Origin: a virus
Reading direction: 5' to 3' (one strand)
Length of the DNA: 64,000 nt
Virus record (IMG/VR): IMGVR_UViG_3300032240_003128
The notes below the pieces were generated by a model. That model worked only from the letters and a program-made list of their open reading frames with translations. It searched no databases and was not told the origin of the DNA. A program made the position numbers and the translations under genes. This document shows, piece by piece, positions 18,091-25,626 of this stretch. Numbering within the stretch: the stretch's first letter is position 1; each line of letters opens with the position of its first letter.

Positions 18091-19284
18091 ATGCCCCGCC
18101 GTATAGACTCTGATCATAAAGACTTCAGAGACGTAGTCAGTGGCAGGATTAGAAAGAACTTAAAAAAGTTTATTAAAAGTGGTGAAATATTTCGCCACCG
18201 TGGTAAAAATGGCAAAGTATCAATAAAGATTCCTGCTATTGATATACCTCATTTTCTCCATGGTAGGAATCCCAATGGAGCAGGGCGTGGAGAAGGTGAA
18301 CAAGGCGATACAATTGGCAAGGATAAAGGTCAAGGCAAAGGTCAGGGCAATGGTGCTGGTCAGGATGAAAGCGAAGGCATCATTGTCCAACTAGACATGG
18401 AAGACATTCTTCATTTTATGAAGGATGAATTGATGCTTCCTGATCTTAAGCCTAAGCAACAAGCCAATCTCGAAGATGTAAAAATCAAATACAATAATAT
18501 TTCTTTAGTTGGTCCAGAATCTCTTAGACATACTCGTCGCACAATGTTGACCGCAATGAAGCGTCTCTGTGGGACAGGTGAAATTAATAATTTGTATGAA
18601 ATTCCCGGAATTAAAGACAAAGTTAAAATGATCAATCCGATTAATTCGGACAAGAGATATCGTCAATACAAAGAAATTAGTTTTCCATCTAGCAATGCTG
18701 TTGTTATTTTTGCCAGAGATGCAAGTGGATCAATGGATGATCGAAAAGTAAATGTTGTTTCCGACATGGCTTATTGGATTGATGTTTACATTAGAAACTT
18801 TTATGAAAGAGTCGAAAGGCTTTATGTGTGGCATGATGTTCAAGCACACGAAGTAGATGCCAAAGATTTTTACAGAATTAGAAATGGTGGAGGAACTACT
18901 TGCTCCACAGCGTTAGAATTGGTTGCCAAACAATTTGAAAATAGATTTCCACCAAACAATTGGAATATTTATTTCTTTTATTTTACCGATGGTGAAAACT
19001 ACGACAATGACAATGAAGTTTTTACAGCATTGTTGAAGAAAGAATTTCCACAAAGCGTTGTCAACCTTGTCGCTATAACTCAAATCGGTGCTTATTCTTA
19101 CAAGAATAGTGTTGCAGAAGCTGTTGAAAAAGCAATAGTCGAAGGTGATTTGGAAGATAACGTAGTTGTTGCAGAAATTCCATTTGATGTTATCAATAGT
19201 GAAGAGAAGAGAGACGAAGCTATTTTGAAAGCTATTAAGGATATTCTGGGTACTCCTTTCCAAAGTGCTAATCAGGTGTTTTAA
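18091..19284 (+). CDS. yeaH: YeaH/YhbH (DUF444) vWA-domain protein
   Basis: Gly-rich GxGxGxxGD segment, LMLPDLKPK, MIDAS-like DASGSM, GGT.CS, TDGENY. Confidence 0.9.
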   Translation: MPRRIDSDHKDFRDVVSGRIRKNLKKFIKSGEIFRHRGKNGKVSIKIPAIDIPHFLHGRNPNGAGRGEGEQGDTIGKDKGQGKGQGNGAGQDESEGIIVQLDMEDILHFMKDELMLPDLKPKQQANLEDVKIKYNNISLVGPESLRHTRRTMLTAMKRLCGTGEINNLYEIPGIKDKVKMINPINSDKRYRQYKEISFPSSNAVVIFARDASGSMDDRKVNVVSDMAYWIDVYIRNFYERVERLYVWHDVQAHEVDAKDFYRIRNGGGTTCSTALELVAKQFENRFPPNNWNIYFFYFTDGENYDNDNEVFTALLKKEFPQSVVNLVAITQIGAYSYKNSVAEAVEKAIVEGDLEDNVVVAEIPFDVINSEEKRDEAILKAIKDILGTPFQSANQVF

Positions 19285-19286
19285 TT

Positions 19287-20882
19287 ATGTCAGATAAATT
19301 TCTATTTGGTTCGCCTGTTCTCTTTGGATCAGCAACCACTCCGGGTGTGCCTATTCCAGAAGAATTGCAAAAACACATTCCTACTATTTTTCAAGCGTGT
19401 AAAGATTTTGGTTTAGATTTTTATCCTACAATTGTTCAAATGCTTTCTCATGACGAGATGTCTGAAGTTGCATCTTACGGTGGTTTTGCAGTAAGATTTC
19501 CTCACTGGAAATTTGGCGCAGAATACGAAGAAATGCAAAGAGGATATCTGTACGGCAATCATAGAATATATGAAATGGTGATTAATTCTTCACCATGCTA
19601 CTTATATTGCTTAAATTCAAATACTTTGCTTGACAATATCACAGTTATTGCTCATGCTCTTGGGCATTGTCACTTTTTCAAAAATAACATTCATTTTTCT
19701 AGAACTAATACAAATGCTCACAATGAGCTTGCCAACAATGGATCAAATGTAAGAAAGTATATGTCTCGATATGGAAGAGAAACTGTTACTGAATTCATGG
19801 ATCATTTGTTCAGAATAGAGACTCTTGTTGATCCAATGAATATCTGGAAAGAAAGAAAAGCAAAAGACGTTGTCATCACTGATAATAAAGATTATGTGTT
19901 TCCACGAAGAATTAAAACAAAAAATGATTACATGGAAGATTGGATTAATACTAAATCTTTTATAAAAGCTCAAAACAAAAAGATTGAAGAACGTGAGATT
20001 ATGCAAGATCTCAATCTTCTTATTACTCCAGAGTCTGACATATTTGGTTATATTAAGGAAAATGCACCGTTCAAACCTTGGCAACGAGATATTGCAGAGA
20101 TTCTTTACAACGAAGCAATTTATTTTAGCCCACAAGGCAAGACAAAAGCATTGAATGAAGGTCTTGCAAGTTATTGTGATTATCACATCATTGCAAAGCA
20201 AGGTTATTGCAGCCTTGGTCAAGATACAGAAGATGCTGGAATCGTAGAATATTCAATCCACAAGGCTGGAGTTCTTGGCGGCAAGTATAGTATGAATCCA
20301 TACAAACTTGGATTTACCCTTCTTATGGATATTGAGGAAAGATGGGACAAGGGTAGATTTGGCACAGATTATGAAAATTGTACAGATCCTATTGAAAAAG
20401 AAAACTGGGATCTAAAGATTGGACTGGGTAAGCAAAAAGTTTTTGAAGTATGCAAAAACTATGATGATTATCAATTCATCAATGAGTTCTTCACTAAAGA
20501 TTTCTGTGAAAAGAATGAATTCTTTGAGTACAAGCGTTATCCAACAGGTGAAGTTAAGATCGAAAGCAGAGATTACAAAAAGATTAAAAAGGAATTGTTG
20601 CGCAAGTACATTAACCGTGGTTTGCCTAATATCAAACTTATTGAACCAAGGTTTAAAGGAAATATGTTTTTGATGGAACATAAGTGGGAAGGCATAGAAC
20701 TTTATAAGGCTTATGCATATGAAGTCATGAAGTCCATATGTTTTCTTATGAGACAACCAGTTGTATTACAAACAAAAAACCATAATGGCGATGAAGTTTT
20801 TTATTATTGCCAAGATATGAATGGTGATTATAGTGCTGCTGATCCCAAAACAATTACACGGGAGCAACTAAACAAGTTATGA
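19287..20882 (+). CDS. spoVR: SpoVR/YcgB-family protein
   Basis: RFPHWKFG, IYEMVINS.PC..Y, HALGHCHFFKNN, PWQRDI, YF.PQ..TK.LNEG.ASY, NPYKLG. Confidence 0.95.
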   Translation: MSDKFLFGSPVLFGSATTPGVPIPEELQKHIPTIFQACKDFGLDFYPTIVQMLSHDEMSEVASYGGFAVRFPHWKFGAEYEEMQRGYLYGNHRIYEMVINSSPCYLYCLNSNTLLDNITVIAHALGHCHFFKNNIHFSRTNTNAHNELANNGSNVRKYMSRYGRETVTEFMDHLFRIETLVDPMNIWKERKAKDVVITDNKDYVFPRRIKTKNDYMEDWINTKSFIKAQNKKIEEREIMQDLNLLITPESDIFGYIKENAPFKPWQRDIAEILYNEAIYFSPQGKTKALNEGLASYCDYHIIAKQGYCSLGQDTEDAGIVEYSIHKAGVLGGKYSMNPYKLGFTLLMDIEERWDKGRFGTDYENCTDPIEKENWDLKIGLGKQKVFEVCKNYDDYQFINEFFTKDFCEKNEFFEYKRYPTGEVKIESRDYKKIKKELLRKYINRGLPNIKLIEPRFKGNMFLMEHKWEGIELYKAYAYEVMKSICFLMRQPVVLQTKNHNGDEVFYYCQDMNGDYSAADPKTITREQLNKL

Positions 20883-21625
20883 GTCATCCTACTTTTAGGT
20901 TTCTTTTTCAAAATGCTCCCGGCTTGCCTTTTACCAAATGGTGCAAACAATTTGATGAAAGCTTAAAAGATAGAAATGCAAAAACATTTGTATTTGCTGA
21001 CAAATCAATAGCTAATTCTTGTTTCGTTAAAAGCGTACTTAGTCATAAAATATTTCTTAATATTTTCTGTTCAGAAAACATATTTGAAGAATTGCCACTA
21101 ATACAAGAAAACATAAAAAAACATTGTGAATCAATGCTACTGAAAGGTATGTTTTCTGAATGCAAACTTGATTTTAATTCTTTAAAATATGAAAATTTGG
21201 TTTTGAGAGATTATAATCAAATTAACATAAGCGATATGTTCGGTGAAGAATGGCAATTTTACTATTTAAACAAAGCTAAACTTTTTTACAAGTTAAGTGA
21301 ATATTATGCAAATTTACCTTTTAGTTATATATGGTCTTTTTTCTTTTCAGAAAGCAATACTGAGGCACTTGTAGCAGACGAATATGTTAAAAAAAATGTA
21401 CATATTTTTAGTCGTCATATGAAACTAGTAGATAAGCCAGAGGATAATAAGAAATATAAAATAATATATTTGGACACGATGAACAAGAAAGTAAATATTA
21501 ATGTTTTCATGGAAAAACTTGAACAAAATGGTTTGTTGTTGTTAAAAAATCTTGATGCTGATGGACCTAATATGGTAGGATGGCGTGATCTCCGAAATAG
21601 AATGCTTGGAATAATAAGGATTTAA
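20879..21625 (+). CDS. Hypothetical protein
   Basis: ATGA-coupled to spoVR; no recognised motif. Confidence 0.6.
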   Translation: MSHPTFRFLFQNAPGLPFTKWCKQFDESLKDRNAKTFVFADKSIANSCFVKSVLSHKIFLNIFCSENIFEELPLIQENIKKHCESMLLKGMFSECKLDFNSLKYENLVLRDYNQINISDMFGEEWQFYYLNKAKLFYKLSEYYANLPFSYIWSFFFSESNTEALVADEYVKKNVHIFSRHMKLVDKPEDNKKYKIIYLDTMNKKVNINVFMEKLEQNGLLLLKNLDADGPNMVGWRDLRNRMLGIIRI

Positions 21626-21626
21626 T

Positions 21627-21743
21627 ATGATTAGGCAGGCTTTTGAGTATATTTTATTTTTAATAATGACTGCAATTGTCATTACAATAATTGCGTATTT
21701 CACTCAACAGCAAAACAGAGATGGTGATGATTATTATGAATGA
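21627..21743 (+). CDS. Small membrane protein (not in ORF track)
   Basis: AAGGA Shine-Dalgarno; 38 aa with one hydrophobic helix. Confidence 0.45.
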   Translation: MIRQAFEYILFLIMTAIVITIIAYFTQQQNRDGDDYYE

Positions 21744-21960
21744 CACTCAACACATTTCTATTTTGATTAAACAAAGTCCCATCGAAATGTTTAATCAAAT
21801 AAATCAACTTAAAAAAATGAATGAAGAACTTCAATGTATTGATTCTTTGCAGCAAATGACAATTGAGCGGCTGAATAAAGAAATTAATCTTCTTCGTGAG
21901 TCTTTGTATTTATTGGAACAACAACACAAATTAATGCTTGTCCAAAACACCTCCATGTGA
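21736..21960 (+). CDS. Coiled-coil hypothetical protein
   Basis: Heptad-like L/I/Q pattern. Confidence 0.5.
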   Translation: MNDTQHISILIKQSPIEMFNQINQLKKMNEELQCIDSLQQMTIERLNKEINLLRESLYLLEQQHKLMLVQNTSM

Positions 21961-21980
21961 TAAAATATGGAGGTGTTTTG
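21938..21980 (+). promoter_or_regulatory. Sigma70-like promoter within a perfect 14-bp inverted repeat
   Basis: TTGTCC-N17-TAAAAT; arms CAAAACACCTCCAT (21943-21956) and ATGGAGGTGTTTTG (21967-21980). Confidence 0.6.
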
Positions 21981-22004
21981 TAACTAGAAAACAGAGCTAT
22001 TCTT

Positions 22005-23339
22005 ATGAAGACAGTTGGTTTTGAACATCTTCATTGTCACAGCGAATACTCTGTCCTTGATGGGCTAGCATCAATTGATGAGTTAATTTCACGTTGGTCA
22101 CCACATGGCGATTATCTTTGCGTGACAGACCATGGATTGATGGGTGCTATCCCCAGTCTAATCACAAAGACAGAACAAGCTGAAAAGAAATTACAGCCTA
22201 TTTTTGGCTGCGAGCTTTATGTGAACTCTATTCACAATGAGCCAACAGAAACAGAAGATGCTAGAGATAAATTTATAAAAAATTTATCTCCACAAGAATT
22301 TGAAAATTTCAAAGTATCCAGTCACATCTTGGCAATTGCGGTTACGAATAAAGGTTATGAAAACCTAACCAAGCTTTGCAGCCTTGGCTGGAGTCAAGGG
22401 TTTTATCGCAAGCCTAGAGTAAATCACAAAACTCTTCAACAATACAAAGAAGGAATTGTGTTTACTTCTTGTTGCTGCGCTTCTGAAGCTGCCAGAGCTT
22501 TGCGTGTGCATGGAAAAGAAATAGCAGAATCTACTGTCCTGAAATATAAAGATATGTTTGGTGATAATTTTTACCTTGAAATGATGCTTTTAGATTTTGA
22601 GTATCAAAGAGAATATGATCAGTTTTTAGTTGAAATGCATATTAAACATCAGATTCCAATGATTATTACTAATGATGTGCATTATGCATATCAAGAAGAC
22701 AGCAAATATCAAACTTTGATGATGTTGGTAAACACTAAAAGAACATTAGCTGAAATTGAAAAGTTGAAAGCTGAAAATGCTGATGTGTTTGAATTGCAAG
22801 ATAGAAATTTATGGATGAAAACAGAAGAAGAATTGAATCAGAAATGGGCTGAGAAATATTCTGATGTGATTCCTTTGGAGATTTACGAACAAGCCAAGAT
22901 GAATACTGTTAAGATATGTAAGATGGCATCTGGTGTTAAGTTAGACAGAAGTGTTAAATTACCTAGATTGAATGATGATGAAGGCTCTTTAAAGGATTTG
23001 GTATTGAAAGGTATGTTTTACAGAGGAATATCCAAATCAAATCGTATTTACACAAAACGTGTTGCAGAAGAATTGGATCTTATTTTTAGGAAACAATTTG
23101 CTAGTTACTTTTTAATAGTCAAGAGTTTTACCGATGAAGCTAGAAGAAAATGCCAAGAGATTACAGGCTTGGATGGTGTCTATGCGGTTGGACCCGGTCG
23201 AGGTTCTGGTGCTGGTTCTCTCGTCTTATATTTACTTGGTGTTACTGACGTAGATCCTATCAAGCACGATCTTCTGTTCTCACGATTCCTGTCAGAGAAC
23301 AGAGGTAGTCAAGCTGTGCTGAAGTTTAGTCAATCTTGA
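22005..23339 (+). CDS. dnaE: DNA polymerase III alpha subunit, N-terminal part (PHP domain to start of palm)
   Basis: HLHCHSEYSVLDG, TDHG, PIFGCELY, TNDVHY, GPGRGSGAGSLVLYLLGVTDVDPIKHDLLFSRFL; stops before PDxDxD. Confidence 0.9.
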   Translation: MKTVGFEHLHCHSEYSVLDGLASIDELISRWSPHGDYLCVTDHGLMGAIPSLITKTEQAEKKLQPIFGCELYVNSIHNEPTETEDARDKFIKNLSPQEFENFKVSSHILAIAVTNKGYENLTKLCSLGWSQGFYRKPRVNHKTLQQYKEGIVFTSCCCASEAARALRVHGKEIAESTVLKYKDMFGDNFYLEMMLLDFEYQREYDQFLVEMHIKHQIPMIITNDVHYAYQEDSKYQTLMMLVNTKRTLAEIEKLKAENADVFELQDRNLWMKTEEELNQKWAEKYSDVIPLEIYEQAKMNTVKICKMASGVKLDRSVKLPRLNDDEGSLKDLVLKGMFYRGISKSNRIYTKRVAEELDLIFRKQFASYFLIVKSFTDEARRKCQEITGLDGVYAVGPGRGSGAGSLVLYLLGVTDVDPIKHDLLFSRFLSENRGSQAVLKFSQS

Positions 23340-23354
23340 TTGAAGTTTATATTA

Positions 23355-25262
23355 TTAATTGCTTTTAAAATCATCTAATTTGTCAATATTTTCTTGATTT
23401 AAAATTTTTGCCATGTCATCTTTGTTTATTATTTTCCTTGCAAGCAATGATTTAATATGGTCGGCAGATAATTTGTTAATGTTATCTGGACCCAATGCTT
23501 CTATAATTTCTTTTCTGGCAGCGTTGTTGTATCCCTTGCCACTAAGACAAGCAAAAACATTATTAGCAGATAATTCTGTTTTATATGTAATTATAATCTT
23601 TATTATTTTGTATGTTTCAACTTGATAAAAGACAAGATTATCAACACTATTATCAGATAATTTATTCATATTGCGTGAACCTAAGATTCTTGCCATTTCA
23701 TGTTTGTTTTCTGATCGTTCAAGCAAATTATAGACGTGAAAATCACCTAATTTATCAATATTATTTGAACCTAATAATTCTGCCATTTTATATTTATAAG
23801 GTGCTTCGTTAAGCAATTCATAAGCATAATCAGCAGTTAATTTATCTATATTATTTGAACCTAAGATATTTGCTATTTCTGTTGATTCAGAACTATTGTA
23901 TTTCAACAAACTATAGACATCATGACCTGTTAATTTATCTATATTGTCTTGACCTAATTCTTCTTTAATTTTATATTTATTTTTTGCACTTTTGATAAAA
24001 TACAAAACATTCTCATCAGATAATTCTGATTTTTTAATTATCTCTGATATCAAATTTTGATTTTCCGTTCTATTAGCAAATACTATCTTGCTATTAAGAT
24101 CCAATGAGTTGACATAACCGCTTGTGTTTTTGGCAAAATCAAATTGATAATTACTCAAATTTTGCAATTTTCCTAATACAAATTCTTTCTTTTGATCATC
24201 AGTAAGTGTGTTAAAATCTTCATCTGTCATCTTATCTACAACTTTCAAATACATAGGGAAAACTCTAGGATCAGGATCATTCTTGGCAAATTCGAAAGCT
24301 ATCCTGTCAGTGTATAATTTTAAATTTTGTTCCCAAATTTCGGGTTCTGTTGTTGTCCAAGTGCTTTCAGGAATACCTTTACTTGCCAAATATCTTTTAT
24401 ATTCATTTATACTTGTATATCCATTGATACCAATTTTTGATCTTGTGTCTTCTGGGTCTCTAGAATGTTTGTTTTCAGCATCAACCCACTCAGAAGATTT
24501 ACCTTCTGGAGCTACACCCGGATTAACATATCTGGCTGGATCATTTTCATCTTTATTAAAATCGAAGACAAAGTATTGAGTTTGATGATAACGTATTCTG
24601 TAATCAAACCAATGTGATGCCGAAGTTGAACTGGAAATGCACCATCTTTGGTTTTTACCAAATATTCTACATATGTCTGGCGTATCGCCTTTGAATACCC
24701 AAACATTATCGCCTTTGGCTGCTAGGTTTTTTTGATATTTTCTTTCTCCAGCTATTGGGTTGAATAAACCTGATTTTTGTTCGTATTTAGTTAAACTGCC
24801 TTGGATTGAGTGTAATTCTGATTCAAATTTTGTAAAATCATTAAATTCTTCAATTTTTTTATCTTTGTTTATATAAATTTTATTGTTTTTCACTTCTAAG
24901 CTAATGATTTCGTTGCCGATGAACCTTCTGAGAAGGTTCATCATTTCTGTTACTCTGTTTTTATCTTCGTTTTTGAACAAAAGAAAAGTGTCAAATTCTG
25001 GTTTAGTTATTTGATTTGTGTTTAATTTGTCTTGATAGAATTTAGTTTGTCCATCTTCTTGCTTAATTAATTTTTGTTTGATTAATGGAAATCTTTCTCT
25101 CAATCTGGCAAATGCAGCTTTTCTATCAACTGGATCTGGTTCATCTTCAAGTTCTTTAATAAAAGCTGCAAGTTCATCTTTAGGCGATTTATCCTGTTCT
25201 AATGCTCCTTTTATTTGAGCATCTAATGTTTCAGACAATACAAACCAAAGCTTGAAGTTCAT
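23355..25262 (-). CDS. Repeat-containing protein (tagged family)
   Basis: MNFKLWFVLSE; central GKNQRWCIS segment; about 5 C-terminal LGxxNIDKL repeats of about 37 aa. Confidence 0.7.
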   Translation of the reverse strand: MNFKLWFVLSETLDAQIKGALEQDKSPKDELAAFIKELEDEPDPVDRKAAFARLRERFPLIKQKLIKQEDGQTKFYQDKLNTNQITKPEFDTFLLFKNEDKNRVTEMMNLLRRFIGNEIISLEVKNNKIYINKDKKIEEFNDFTKFESELHSIQGSLTKYEQKSGLFNPIAGERKYQKNLAAKGDNVWVFKGDTPDICRIFGKNQRWCISSSTSASHWFDYRIRYHQTQYFVFDFNKDENDPARYVNPGVAPEGKSSEWVDAENKHSRDPEDTRSKIGINGYTSINEYKRYLASKGIPESTWTTTEPEIWEQNLKLYTDRIAFEFAKNDPDPRVFPMYLKVVDKMTDEDFNTLTDDQKKEFVLGKLQNLSNYQFDFAKNTSGYVNSLDLNSKIVFANRTENQNLISEIIKKSELSDENVLYFIKSAKNKYKIKEELGQDNIDKLTGHDVYSLLKYNSSESTEIANILGSNNIDKLTADYAYELLNEAPYKYKMAELLGSNNIDKLGDFHVYNLLERSENKHEMARILGSRNMNKLSDNSVDNLVFYQVETYKIIKIIITYKTELSANNVFACLSGKGYNNAARKEIIEALGPDNINKLSADHIKSLLARKIINKDDMAKILNQENIDKLDDFKSN

Positions 25263-25267
25263 AATTT

Positions 25268-25561
25268 TTAGTCCAAGTGGCTAACTTCATAACCATCAAA
25301 ATTACTTGTTTTTGAATAATCAATGCTTGGTGTTCCTAGATCACCGAAAGGTTTGTCTGTATTGTAACCTTTAGCTCTGTATGGCAAGCTTTTTTTTCCT
25401 TGCAAAGGAAATCCATAATGCTTGCCTTTAACAAAAGTATTTTCCGGCGCATCTGGTTGTGGGAAGGCATACACCTTCATAATGTCTTGAAGTTTTTTCT
25501 GTGAACCACCAATTTCTGTATCTTTTTTAAATTGTTCTAATGTTTTAAATTTCTTTGCCAT
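25268..25561 (-). CDS. Hypothetical protein
   Basis: MAKKFKTLEQF; TAAATA and GAGG upstream. Confidence 0.6.
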   Translation of the reverse strand: MAKKFKTLEQFKKDTEIGGSQKKLQDIMKVYAFPQPDAPENTFVKGKHYGFPLQGKKSLPYRAKGYNTDKPFGDLGTPSIDYSKTSNFDGYEVSHLD

Positions 25562-25592
25562 GTTTCACCTCTACTTTATTTAGGTTTTTCGC

Positions 25593-25620
25593 TTGATTTT
25601 TAACGCATAATTGCTAAAAT
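25593..25620 (+). promoter_or_regulatory. Sigma70-like extended -10 promoter, probably leaderless
   Basis: TTGATT-N16-TAAAAT with a TG extension, 6 nt before the ATG at 25627; no Shine-Dalgarno. Confidence 0.55.
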
Positions 25621-25626
25621 TAACAC

